From: Pocillopora damicornis
Taxonomy: Eukaryota
DNA length: 64,000 bases
NCBI RefSeq assembly: GCF_003704095.1
Contig: NW_020846227.1
Span: 434,001 to 498,000, forward strand
Direction of reading: 5' to 3'
Shown here: positions 1 through 12,460 of the stretch, in pieces
Layout of the letters: each line of letters begins with the position of its first letter
Numbering within the stretch: the first letter of the stretch is position 1
Program-made: the position numbers and the translations under genes
The notes under the pieces: generated by a model
What the model was told of the DNA's origin: nothing
The model's input: only the letters and a program-made list of their open reading frames with translations
Databases searched by the model: none

Positions 1-63
1 CCTACAAATGCTCATTTGCCTTCTATTGTTAACTTAGTTGAAAACCCTCTGTTGTTCCTGCAG

Positions 64-2151
64 GCTTTAAAGGGACGCCCCACAATTGATGGAAGGCCAG
101 GAGAATCTTTGGAGCCACTCGACTTTGACGCACTGAAAAGTAAACTGCAAGAGGAATTCGGTAAGAAGTGCGCCAGGTTGATCTAAATTTACAATAATCT
201 GTATATTTATAAATTATTTGTCGATCTATGTACCTCAGCTTGTTTAATGGAAAAAGGACATTTTTGAAACGTCCGATCTGTGATCAGGGTCAGTTTAATC
301 TCGTTTTTATCGACGATCTCTTTTAAGAGGGGAGAGGCCGGTATGAAGTGAATGGCTAAACCTGAGAGAAGTATAGCTGAGCCCGTGTTAAGCGGTCACC
401 CTGTATTATTAAGCGGTCGGTTGTCAAAGTCCAGAATTTTTTTCCCCCTTAAGCAAACTTTTTTTCACCTGTATTAGGCGTTCACCTCTATTAAGCGTAT
501 AGGCCTGTTTTTATCGTCTTCCACTGTATCGAACGGACATTTAAAGAAAAACCACTCAAACGAATCTAAGAAGAATCTCTCGAGTCAAGTTTATTCCATA
601 TTTATCGCTGAAAACGTTGTAAGCACTTTGAGTTCAAATATCCTCACTGTTTTGCCGATTATCTTTTTTCTTTGGACTGTTAAGACATGCACAAGACATG
701 CGCAAGTCATTTGCTGGTGAACCTGTGTGAAACGGTCACCCTGCCATTCCTCCTGGTTGGCCTTATCATACAGGTTTTATTGTATGAGGAAAACGGGGAC
801 TTAACCCTTTATCTCCCGTGAGTGACCAGGACAGAATTTCTCCCTACAATATCAATACAATATACAGCTGGCAAGGGAAGAAAATTTTGAAAAAAAAATG
901 ATAAGGGGGTTATAAGTTGATTAAATGCCAAATTCTCATGACTAAAATCATAAGAATTGTATGGCGGAGAGAAAGGAGAATTAGCTAGGAGATCTTGAGA
1001 GGCAAAGGGAGTACTTCAATGTTACCATTGGTCAGATGGCAATGGTGAGATTGCACCAAACGTAATGTTCTCTACCAGAGGCGGAACATGTCACAGGTCC
1101 AAAAACTGTAACCTTACTTGAACATCTTAATTAATTCTTTAGCCCTCTTTTCAAACCTCATAGCCCTCAAAGCGGTAGAAAATCTCTAATGTTAAGCACA
1201 CGCTTTTGTTTTGCAGGAGAAAATGCTATCCGAGATGAGGACGTACTTAGCGCCGCTCTGTACCCAAAAGTTTTCAATGATTACATGGTGTTCAGGGAGG
1301 AGTTTGGTCCAGTTGATGGACTACCCACCAGACTCTTCTTCACTGGCCCTGAAATCGGAGAAGAATTCCAAGTGGCGATCGAGCCTGGAAAAGTTTTGAA
1401 CATCAAAGTACTGGCCATCAGTGACTTGCACCCGAATGGACAGAGAGAAGTATTCTGTGAGATGAACGGACAACTGAGAACAGTTTTGGTGGAGGACAAG
1501 TCTGTAACAAAGGTATCTACTGCCCTAACGTGAAAACAAGCTCTCGTATCTCGTATATATCAACGTTTTTCGATGTAAATTTTGAGAGTCATATCTATCC
1601 TGATTTTCAATGTCTTTTTTGTGTTCACCTCGGTGCGAAGACTTAACTCATGGGATTGTTACTTTGTGAAAATCAAAGTTACCATGTCAGTAAAAAGCAC
1701 CAAATCCAGGTACAACCCAGATCTTCTCGTGCCTCTCAGATGGTCCGCTAAATATATAAAAAAAGAATTCCTTAAGTTTCTGTCTCACAGGTTAAAGATC
1801 TATTATAATTATTGCCATTATTATTATTGTTCTTACTGTTGCTACTTTTTCCCCTCATGCGATCTGACAATTGTTTTTTTTTTCTTCCTCCTTTCTCAGA
1901 CTCTTGAGCGACATCCCAAAGCCGACAAATCTGTCAAAGGTTCCGTGGGAGCCCCCATGCCGGGTAAAGTTGTCGGCATCCGAGCAAAAGAGAACGAAGT
2001 GGTGAAGAAGGGAGACCCGCTGGTTGTTCTCAGCGCCATGAAGATGGAGACTAACGTGACTGCCCCTATCGACGGAACTGTGACGAAGATTTCCGTCAAA
2101 TTGAACCAGAACTTAGAGGCGGGCGATCTCTTGGTGGATATCGAGCCTTAA
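64..2151 (+). CDS. PC: Pyruvate carboxylase, last three exons (64-160, 1217-1512, 1900-2151); the gene starts upstream of the window
   Basis: Phase-compatible GT-AG exons translate to [21 protein letters not shown]...[12 protein letters not shown]...[10 protein letters not shown]...[12 protein letters not shown]...GAPMPGKVV...LSAMKMET. This includes the biotin-attachment motif AMKM. Stop TAA at 2149-2151. Confidence 0.96.
372..784. mobile_element. Degenerate non-autonomous DNA transposon (Tc1/mariner-pogo-like MITE) in a PC intron
   Basis: Imperfect terminal inverted repeats (TAtagctgagcccgtgttaagcggtcacc ... ggttggccttatcatacaggttttattgTA) bounded by TA, with internal repeats of the tattaagcgg/ggtcaccctg motif. 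Confidence 0.5.
801..1010. mobile_element. piggyBac-type MITE (TTAA-CCCTTT...AAAGGG family)
   Basis: Starts ttaaccctttatctccc and ends gagatcttgagaggcaaaggga. The internal sequence is similar to the copy at 9354-9564. Confidence 0.7.
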
Positions 2152-2377
2152 AGTTAAACCGGTCGGTGACTGATCGTAATCGTTCGGTGCACCTTCGGAT
2201 AACTTCGGGAAGTTTCTAATGATATTGTCGGTATACAAGCACGTCCGTGTCATGTGGTTCAACATTATCAATAGTCGAATGCTAGAATGTGTATTGGTAT
2301 TGTATCCAAAGTTGAATCATGGAAAGCACTTCTCAATGAAATCTGATGTCAGAAATGGGTGGTCTATAGTGGTCCCC

Positions 2378-2587
2378 TACCCTTAAACTCTCAAGATCCA
2401 ATTAGTTTTTCTCCCAACTGACTACCACGTATTTCCTTGCAAATTAGGCAAGAGAATTGAATGTTATGTCAAGATAACACGCGCTAGCTGTTTGCTATGT
2501 CTGTTCTCCAAACCTGTCTGCAGAATAACACATTGAGATCACAAGGCGACGTTACATGTTAGTCACTCATGGGAGTTAAAGGGTTAA
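2378..2587. mobile_element. piggyBac-type MITE
   Basis: Ends gggagttaaagggttaa. The internal sequence is similar to the copy at 55478-55686. Confidence 0.65.
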
Positions 2588-4652
2588 GATACTCTTTGAT
2601 TTAACTTATTTTAGGTTTTGCGATTGCTTTTTATTGGTTTATGGTTTTTGTGGTATGTTTTGTTGTCAGTGTTTACTTCCCTGTCTTCATTTTCAATACG
2701 TTAACAAATCGTTCTCAATCCCTCTAATTTTGTTTAATTTATCAAATTTAGAGTTTTACTTGGGTTTCCAACAAAAATGATCACAATTGAAATAAGTTAT
2801 CTCCAAAATACTTAATAGTGAGAGGAACACGAGAAGTTTAAGACGTTAATTTAAGGATTTAAATATTTTAGCAAGTTCTACTTTCAATCAACAATCTTAA
2901 GTTGATGTCGACCCACAGAAATGTCATTATCTACCAAAACGAGAGTAAATATATCTATGAACTAACTTATAATTTGCATTTTGTGGGGCTTAAAATATTT
3001 CAGTCGATTTATTGAAAAACGCCGATTTCAGATTAGAGTTGAATACAATTTTCAGGCTGAGACACGTTGGGACGAATAAGGAATTCACTGGGTTCAATTT
3101 TTTTTTAAGTCAGAAAGAGTGTAAAAGTTTTAAGGAAGCTTCATTGGTAAATTTGATAAATAAATCTAAGCGAAAAAAAAAAACTGAAAGTCGTTTGAAT
3201 GTTCGATATCAGCGAAATCTAACCACCCTGCTGATGTTTTTAGAATGCCGTTAATCGGTTCTTCGACATCAACATCTCTCAAGCTTTCTGTATTGTCATT
3301 TTGCGGGTACTTTGGAGTATTATGTTCCTGAGACCTAAGGAATGCTGTGCTAGGATGAATACCCATGCACCGAGTTCCAAATCCTTATTTTTACTATTAC
3401 TTACTAATTAGCGCTATTTCTTTTTGCCCGAGAAACACGGTTTAGTCAGTTACGTATGCATTATTTCGTCTCGGTGTGGGAAGTGGTATTCGCTTAGCAT
3501 TTTTGTATGACGATGCCGACGGTTTGTGAACCATGAAAAAGTTTCTCAAATGACAAGGCTTTATTAGTGATATGAGAGAAGGTGTATAGATATTGTTTAG
3601 ACACACTAAGACAAGATATAGTCATTATTGATTCAAAATTTAGACAGTTTTTTCACTTTTACCGCACTTAAAAGGTCGGGTTGGTGCTTGACTGCGTGAC
3701 GGATGATACGAATGAGCAGGTCCTGGTAACTAATTGGAATGCGTGACATACAATAATTGTGGTGCAATAACTACACCAGAGGATGATTTCTTCGTTTTTG
3801 TGGGGACTTTTAGGACACCAGATGAAATGGGGGATATTTAAGTTAAGCTTTTTATGTTTAGAAATAACTTTTGATTAAAATGAACAATTCGCGAAGTCAG
3901 CGACTCGCAGATGAGGCAAGCGCTGGAAAGCCGCTAAAGGTGAGGAACATCCGTTTAACTTTTTCGTAAAGTAAAATTCGATTGTCCAGCATTTTTTAAC
4001 ACTCCCAGTCTCAGACAAGAGCGAGCAATATTCTGGATAAATCCATAAATCCAGGACAGTGTAAAAGGAGACTGATTCACAAAGGTTATGGATTTGAATG
4101 ATGGAGAGGCCGGCCCACTTTTCCGGCCTTGGGTCGCGGTGGCTATCACAAAACTTTCATTGTCAATCTCCTCTCAATAAATGATAATGACTCTTTACTC
4201 TCTACTGCCTACCCTAGGTCAATGAATAACTGTAGATCATTCTCACCGGACATGCCTTCTTACGATACTGTTTTTTCGTTACATGTGGCTTAATTAGCTA
4301 ACAGACTTTTGATTTTTCCCTTCACCAATCACATATTTTCCTATACATTATTTCAACCTAGTTTACTATCACAAAGCATAATTCATAAGTGACAGTGTAG
4401 TACCTGATCTAGGTCTACAGATATCGGCGTTAAGGTTACGGCGAAATTCGTAATTTAATTCGTTTGTCTCTACATAGGGGCATTTCATGAAGCCACTTAG
4501 TTTGTCGGAAGCTTTATATTATTACCAGGAAAACAACGAGTTTTGTAATTATCATAATTACCTGCAGATATTTCCTGCCGTGAAATTTGATACAACCTGA
4601 CTAATTTCATTAGGGAAAAAAAGGTAATTTTTTTTTCTTTTGTCAGACTGAG

Positions 4653-7485
4653 GTCACAATATTCAACTGTCCAAAGCTCTTTCATACATTCTTCGACATG
4701 GTGCATCAAAAGAGGGGCTGAAAATGTCTGAAGGTAAATGTTTCTAGAATTGTATTATTGGTCAAGCCATGTTGGTTCACTTTGCTGCTGCAATGTTTAT
4801 CCTGGTACTGAGTGATCCAAGCCCTAAACAAAACTGGCTAACTTTGTCAAAATCATACACTGATGGCAATCAAGGGAGCCATCCCCACTTACTAGTAAGC
4901 AGTTGAGATCCTGCAATTGTGTAAGACTCAGAGTCATGGCTTGCTCTCCAAGCATTTGATTCATGACAAGCCAACTTGGAAGTACCAATTAAGCCCAGGG
5001 TAGATGGATATGGCCTCTGGAACAACATCAAAATCTGAATTCATGCACTCAATTGAAGACCTGCAAGACTTAAATTAATGTAAAAAAGTTCCACATTGAA
5101 TTTAAAAGAAAATTAATCCCATCAAGTAGTATTAACACTTTCACTCCCAAGATTCAAAATATCATATCGTCTCACCATCTGTCACACACATCTTGTATCT
5201 GAGAATTTGATGTTGTAAGTCTAGCAGTTCATTATATGTATTCAGTAATTTTCCTTTTCTTCCATCACCCATCTGTTTTAAAATGTATTGAGATTCTTGA
5301 GAGAAATGAATTATTATTATTTTTTTGGGCAGGAAAAGAATGGTTTACTCAGTGATTATAGAATATATTTGTTAGTATTAATTTGATATTTATGCCCACA
5401 GGATTTGTCTTTGTTGATGAGCTGTTAAAATTACGACAGTTTAAAAGATATTCTGAGAATGAAATCAGAAAAGTTGTTGATGAGAATGACAAGAAGAGGT
5501 TTGCCCTGAGACTTGATCCAGTGACAAACAGGCTGCAAATCAGAGCAAATCAAGGACACACCATCGAGGTTAGCATTTCTGCATTGAAAGGGATTAGGAA
5601 TGTTGACTTTCAGAAAAGAAATCTCTTTAGACAATCACGATGCAGGATTTCAGTTTTATGTTATATTATTAGGGCTTACAATATGACAATTCAATATCAA
5701 ACAGCCAAGTGATGAGAACAGCTATAAATGTTTACTAATAATTTAAAATTTATGATAATAACTTGAATAATTGTTCAGCCCAATATACATATGAAAAAAT
5801 ATGATCTAAACATTCGATGACTAATGAAGTGGGCCTTGGATCCAGCATGCACAACTTTTTCACTGACTTCTGGATTAAAGTGCAAATGGACAAAACAACT
5901 CCAGCCTTTGCTCAAATTGGCCAATGAAACTAAGGGATTATTTGTCACTAAATAACACTAAATTCTCAGAAAAAGATTCATGAGAAATGTGTTATGAGAT
6001 GTATCTTCATTAAGATATCAAGAGTGAAAGAGTTAATAATTGTTGGTTGATTTTTTTTTTTGGCATTTTAGGTTGATGACCTTGAACTTAATCCCATCAC
6101 AGATCCCTCCGATGCACCAGTTGTTGTGCATGGCACCTATCGTGAGTGTTGGGAGCTAATAAAAGCTCAGGTGGGTGTTTTTACTTTTTCACTATTTTTT
6201 TTTTGCTTTCCTTTTTCATCAACCTCATCTAGCTCAGTTGGTACTTGCAAAAAACACATTTTTTTCTCTTATCAGGGTTTGTCAAGAATGAGCAGAAATC
6301 ACATCCATTTTGCACCAGGAGAACCAGGGGAAGAAGGAGTCATCAGTGGTTAGTAAATTAAAGGTTATAAGTACAGTAAATGCTGTGCCTCTCTATAAGT
6401 TAATGATTTATTTTGCTAGACACTGTGCAATACATTTTTGTAATTTTAAAGAATAGAATACATACCTGTATTCTGAGGAAGGGCCAGTGCTTGAAATGTC
6501 AGCTTTTAAACTCTTTACAGTGGCCAATTTATGTTATCAACTCAGTTGATAACACTTAATTACCCTGTTATATTCTCCCACCAATGCGGCACCATTACCC
6601 CTCTTCATTCATTTTTTTTTTTTTTTTTTCAAAGAAGGGTAATTTAGTGTAAACATTTGAGTTGATAACCTAAATTAGCCTCTGTGAAGAGTTAATAAAC
6701 CCAGGTCTTGAGCATTAGCCCTTCTTCAGAGCTTAATAGGAAGGGCTAATGTCTGAAATGTCAGCTCACAAACTCTTTACTGTGGCTAATTTACCATATT
6801 AACTCAGTTGATAACACTTAATTACCCTGTTATACCCTTGCACCAAAGCAGCACCACAACTTATTTCAAAACTTACCCTCTCTAAGTATGTATTTGAAAT
6901 ACTTAACAAATGTTACTAATAAAATCATCAATGATGGCTCCATTGTAAGGTTCAAAGACAACCCTTTCAACAACTTATAGTAACACTGTGCCTTAATTGT
7001 GGTTTACATGTATTATGCACTTCTGGTTGAGAAGGTTGATTAAGAGTCCACAACTCCTGTTTAAATCAATTTTTTACATAATCTTTTTTTTTTGTAAGAA
7101 GTAATGACACTTTTGAAGCCAATCAGTCATTAATACCTGTACCTCAGTAGAAGTAGCTTTACAAAGAGCTAATCAGGAGTGTAACATCATAAGCTTAGGG
7201 AATATTACTAAGAGTACAAGTGGAGAAAAAAACAACAACAACCACAACAACAATAACAACAACAAATAACCAATCGAAGAAAACAAAGCAGAAAAAGGGA
7301 GGGATGGGTGACTGTTCCCATAATTTTTTGGCATAACATGTGAATAAACTGACCATTTCTAATCTTAACATGTGTCTGTGAGTCAGTCAGTTATTCTCAT
7401 TGTTTTCTTTTACTAAATTTAATTTGTAATCCTTTAGGAATGCGTTCAAGCTGTGAGATCCTGGTGTTTATTGACCTCAGAAAGG
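4653..7485 (+). CDS. TRPT1: tRNA 2'-phosphotransferase 1 (Tpt1/KptA family), partial. Exons ~4653-4733, 5402-5568, 6072-6170, 6276-6348, 7438-gap; possible first exon 3880-3939
   Basis: Spliced translation gives QLSKALSYILRHGA...NDKKRF...IRANQGHT...VVHGT...GLSRMSRNHIHF...GMRSSCEILVFID, the conserved Tpt1 motifs. Splice phases are compatible. The 3' end falls in the gap and the 5' end is unresolved. Confidence 0.92.
6470..6885. mobile_element. Degenerate Penelope-like terminal repeats with a hammerhead-like motif, in a TRPT1 intron
   Basis: Two forward copies and one inverted partial copy of the unit seen at 58281-58490 (ctgaggaagggccagtgcttgaaatgtcagc...tatcaactcagttgataac). Confidence 0.6.
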
Positions 7486-8277
7486 NNNNNNNNNNNNNNN
7501 NNNNNNNNNNNNNNNNNNNNNNNNNNNNNNNNNNNNNNNNNNNNNNNNNNNNNNNNNNNNNNNNNNNNNNNNNNNNNNNNNNNNNAAAGATCTTTTACTT
7601 TTCTATATGTCTAACTTCTAATAAGTTGTACTGGATTGAAGACCAACTCACTGACGTTTCTACTCAATTTTATACATCTGTGAGTTGGCGACTTGACTGG
7701 ATACTTATTTTGCCACTGTGACTATTACCCTGATAATTTTCTTATCTGAAGACGGAAATATTTGCCATCAGGAATATCAAAAATTTTAATCCCTTAGCTC
7801 CCTGAGGTGATAAGCAAGTACAGGTATATTTTCCTTGCAATATTGTTGCATTTTTCAGCCAACATAATGGGAAGAAACAACTTTATCAGCTCCAAGGTGT
7901 TACCTGGATACATATTTGTACAACACTGAATTTAGATCTTTGGAATTATGATTCATTATTTTAAAGTACAAGAATGATCCTTAGAGATGAGCTGCAATGA
8001 AAGAAATTGCACAAAAAAGAAGCCTGAAAAAGTCAGGTTTTGATAGGATTGGGATGCGTGCCTCACAGATACTAGTTGAGCTGTGTAAAGCCACATGTTG
8101 GAAGACAGGCAAATTTTAGTGGGCTCTTCATTTGTGTAAAGGAATATTCAGTATTCAATTTTGCAACAAAAAAGAGAATTTCTGTTCAAAACATTGAATG
8201 CAACAAAACACACCACACATGGAGAAAGTGCCATAATCATGGCTTTCAAAAGCCTTAAATGTTACCATCATCATTAC

Positions 8278-10851
8278 CTGAAATTCAAACACCCTTTCAG
8301 AACCACAATCACATATTGGAATGTCGTCTTCGCTAGGCTTGCCTTCATCAGAGACCCAGAGAGGTTCACCACTTTGGTGATAGCGCAAAACCTGAAGGAC
8401 AAAACAGGACATCTATCACAAAAAGTTCTGGTGTTTTACTAAGCTTGCAAAAAATTCCCTGTTAAAAGGGTTGTATTCCAAGAACTCGCACATGTGCTCT
8501 AACAGACTAATAATAACATTACTTTGTCTTTAAAAGAAGACTGTAATGGAGAGGGAAAAGGTCTTTACAAAAGTGCTAGCATTAAATTTTTTTTGTCAGC
8601 CCAGTTCATCCAAATGGAACTAGAACTAGAACTCTGGTAAATCTGAGTGGACAAAAAAGGAGGTTCCATAATTTACAGTACAGACTGAGAAAAATTATGT
8701 TAATGAGATATTTATAAATATATCTCTGGGGTCGAATAGAGGAGAAAGATTTCATTTCAAACCAACTTCTGAATTCAGCAGACTGTCCAGTGAAATACAG
8801 CCCACTAAATTGACCAATCATGGTGCATGAGTTAGATATGTAATGAAACAATTACCTCCACTACCCAAAACCCAATTAACAGACTTTAACAAGCAAAATA
8901 AGCATTTAGTGCCAAATGAAGGGGGGGGGGGAAGAGAATGTTTTAAGATTCTTTCTTACTCTCTCTTTAACAGACCTGTTTAGGTTCTCTGGTAATTCTC
9001 TTTTTGAATTTTCTAAACTGTTTATCAGCAAGTAAAGCTTCCTTTCCAAGAGAAGCTAAGGATTCTAGTTCTTTGTCACTTTCTGTATCAGTGAGCAGCT
9101 CATTTGCTCTCACAAACTGTTTGTATTCATCTAATCTGTCTTTTTCACTTTTCTCACTTTCATCAGTTAAATCTGGTTCTGTTTCAATAAGTAACTCATA
9201 TTCTGGAAAGAGAATTCTTCTATTGCTATACTTGTTGTCTGAAAATAAAATGAATGAATAAATAGATAAATAAAAGAAAACACAAACAAACTGAAAAAAT
9301 GCATAAAAACCAAAGTCAAATTTTATAACCTCCTAGGGAATATGTTGGAGGTATTAACCCTTTCACTCCCACAAGTGACCAAGATAGAATTTCTCCTTAC
9401 AATATCAATACAATATCAAGCAGGCAGGTGATGAGAATAGAGAAGAATATCAATTATGGGATTATTTGTGATTCAATACCAAATTCTCCGAACTAACATC
9501 ATAAGAATTGTATGGCAGATAGTAAGGAGAATTACTAATTAGATCTTGGGAGTGAAAGGGTTGAAAGAGTTTGATATTTTTCAGCATTAATGGTTTTACT
9601 GTTATATGTCTTGGTAACTTCTACAGGTTGGTGATTTTTGCTAAATATGTTCTAGCTCGTCATATTATTTTTTTTACATAAAAGCCCTACACAGCTTGTT
9701 ATGAAATTCAACCATTAAAAACCTTGAGACTTGAAATGCATCCTAATAAATGTTATCATCAATATCATCTTTTTAATAGTAATAAATGAACTAGGCAAAG
9801 TCCTCACACAATGCAAGATCTCTGCACAACCATATGCTTCATTATGCATAAAATTCTTGGATATAGAAAACAATTTTGAAATGATATATTGTCTTTTGGG
9901 CTATGGCTTGGTTGTAAAATAATAGAGGGTTTAACTAAAAACATTCCTGCATCCAATTTAGTACAACCTTACATTAAATAAATGTTCTGTAAAAGAGAAA
10001 GTGATGAAGAAATAAATAGGACAAATCACACAAACAAATGATAGAAGGCTATTGAAGAATTCTTTACAAATTCTTTACACCATTCTACTATATATATAAA
10101 CGTATAATGACTCTATTAGTAACCCTTCATCTCCCAGAGGTGATCAACATGTTCCTTTCCCTTCTTAATACCCATCTACTATCCAGAATAACTAATTTAC
10201 AAGGAAATGTATAGCAGCTAGAACTGACAATCAGATCTTGGGAGTTAAAGGTTTAAAATCACCTTGTAACAGTTGCTCTTTATTTTCCTGTGCGCACAGT
10301 TTCGGACACAAGTTCTTATGACCTGATTTCCAATCCACCGTCTGATGTTCACGGCCACAGTACTGTGCCACGTGACATTTAGAACATTTCTTATCCCCTT
10401 TACACCCGCACACATCGCATAAACTGATCCATGTTTTAGGTTTGAACTCTTCAGCTACACATTCCATAGACAGCTCGTTAATTTCGTCCAATTCTGGCGG
10501 CGGATTATAGCTGTAAAACTTGTTATCGCGTTTTAATTGACTTCTTAGTACAAGGAAACAATCGGTGTAGTTTTTAGAGTGACAATTGCCATCTTTACAA
10601 CAAAAAACGAAGATCGTTCGATGAAAACTTTGGTCATGTGGCATAGGAGCGTACACTTGTAAGAGAAATGCCATCGGTTTGAGGCAGATTTTGCACACCG
10701 TACAACTTGAATTGGGCAAATCTTGCAAGTTTAACCATGCTGGGGTTCCACCGATTTTGCTCGGAAAGAAGGCACTTGTCATCTGCAGTTTACGAACAGC
10801 ATCGTCACCAATTTCTTCTGCAAATCCTAATTCCACTTCTTTGGCCGCCAT
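8278..10851 (-). CDS. PDCD2: Programmed cell death protein 2 (MYND zinc finger plus PDCD2_C). Exons 10851-10263, 9238-8976, 8391-8278; last exon probably in the gap at 7486-7585
   Basis: MAAKEVELGF...FPSKIGGTPAWL...FLLQVYAP...FHRTIFVFCC; MYND finger CDVCGCKGDKKCSKCHVAQYCGREHQTVDWKSGHKNLC; then LFPEYEL...FRKFKKRITREPKQ|VLRY...PLW...IPICDCGSERVFEFQ. GT-AG phases are consistent. Confidence 0.95.
9354..9564. mobile_element. piggyBac-type MITE in PDCD2 intron 1
   Basis: Termini ttaaccctttcactccca ... tgggagtgaaagggttga form a near-perfect inverted repeat with TTAA-like flanks. Confidence 0.8.
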
Positions 10852-12460
10852 GTTGATTCACAAAGTTGACCGCTGACGAGGAAAGGTACGGGCTCTATCC
10901 CAGAGGGTAGTTTGAGGAGGGAGTGGGTAGGGATTTAAAAAAAAAAGTTAAAATGTGAGGTGTAAAAAAGAAATCTTGGTGCAACTGATAAGAGTTAGAT
11001 TCTGATCCGATTTGTACTTCAGATGCTTTACCTCTGAGCTATAGGAGTCTGATGGCAGGCTAGAGTATTTCACTAGGTCTATGGTGACAAACTTCCTGCT
11101 TACAGGTAGGGTAGGAAATGTGTCGATATGTGATGCTTATGCCCAGTGACATGGAAATAAAGATGGTCAAATGAAGATGATCAAATGTAGAGGATCAAAC
11201 AGTAGATTACATACAAGATACCCCTATTTAGAAAGCTCTTTGATGCTGTCTTGAATATTTGAATCAATCACAACAAATTTGCCCAAGTCAATAAAATTGA
11301 TAGTTATATGTATGATAATTTTACATAATAATAATAATAATAATAATCAACAATCACTGAATAAGCTTGGGGAAAATGTTGGGATTAAATAGCATCATAC
11401 CACTTCTGCATGCCAATTCAAGCTACATGCATTCATCCAAATAAAAACAAATGTGTGACTTAAAAAAAACAGTCTGTATCTGAGAGGGTAACTTTAATTT
11501 TTCATAGATTAACTATAGTACACTATAGTTATAACAAAGTATCTATTAAATAACTAAACAAAAAAATACACCCCTACTCACCTTAAATTCTATTTTTATT
11601 TATTGTGAAGTTATGAAGTATCAACATCCTACAAATATGTGTTCTGATATGTAATTTAATTTTAATACATTGATTTTTCCACATACTTACAAAAAGTTAT
11701 GTACTCAGTTTAAATACTGTCACTCAAACTTCTGGCCAGGGAGGAAATGCATTTACAATAAATACAGTGACATACTTTTACTGCTATATGTAATATCAAC
11801 AGAATGAATTTGTTGTGAAGCTGAATGGGATACATGACTGTATAAATTCATTATTTTTTATGTCTTGGTAGGGTTATCACAGCTTTCAAAAATACCTCAC
11901 ATTAAAGCTCAATCTAAATATGTAGGAAAAAGTGAACTTAGAATAATTTACTGACACAATAACTTAAATGAAGCCTGAGAAAGCAGAAACAATTTTTGCT
12001 CCATAAAAAGGCCTCATAGTCTTCATATACTGACAGAGCTGTTCTGAAAGTCTACCTCATGCTTTCAAATGCTTTCAGTGGAAACAGAAGCATATGACCT
12101 AGGTTATAAGCTCAGTTCTGGTTGTACCGTATGGCTTATTGGCAAATATTACCAGTACATGTCATGTGCAGTAAGCGAGTCATCTTTCATTCAAGGCTGA
12201 TTCCTTGGCTAATTTCAAGCTTTTTCTCTCAGGGTTTTCATTAAGTTTCAAAGCAAACAGCAAAAACTGCAAGGTAGATGGCTAACAAAAGTGCAATTTT
12301 CACTCCAATGTTCTTTAAGTTTCAGAAAATTTTGCAGGAAATATTGTTAGAAATATATACAGTGAATTTTGCCCCTAATTGGCTCTTAATATAGAAATCC
12401 CAGTATCTACTTGCATCTTTTTTGCTGTCTCTACATTCCTCTAAAACACCGTTCCCTCCT

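Noticed and set aside
1582-1899. Hydrophobic N-terminal extension of ORF 1582-2151
   Set aside because: Intron read-through. PC homology begins at the acceptor at 1900.
4649-4651. In-frame TGA upstream of the TRPT1 core as selenocysteine
   Set aside because: It lies outside the conserved domain, no SECIS can be assessed because the 3' end is in a gap, and alternative acceptor use is simpler.
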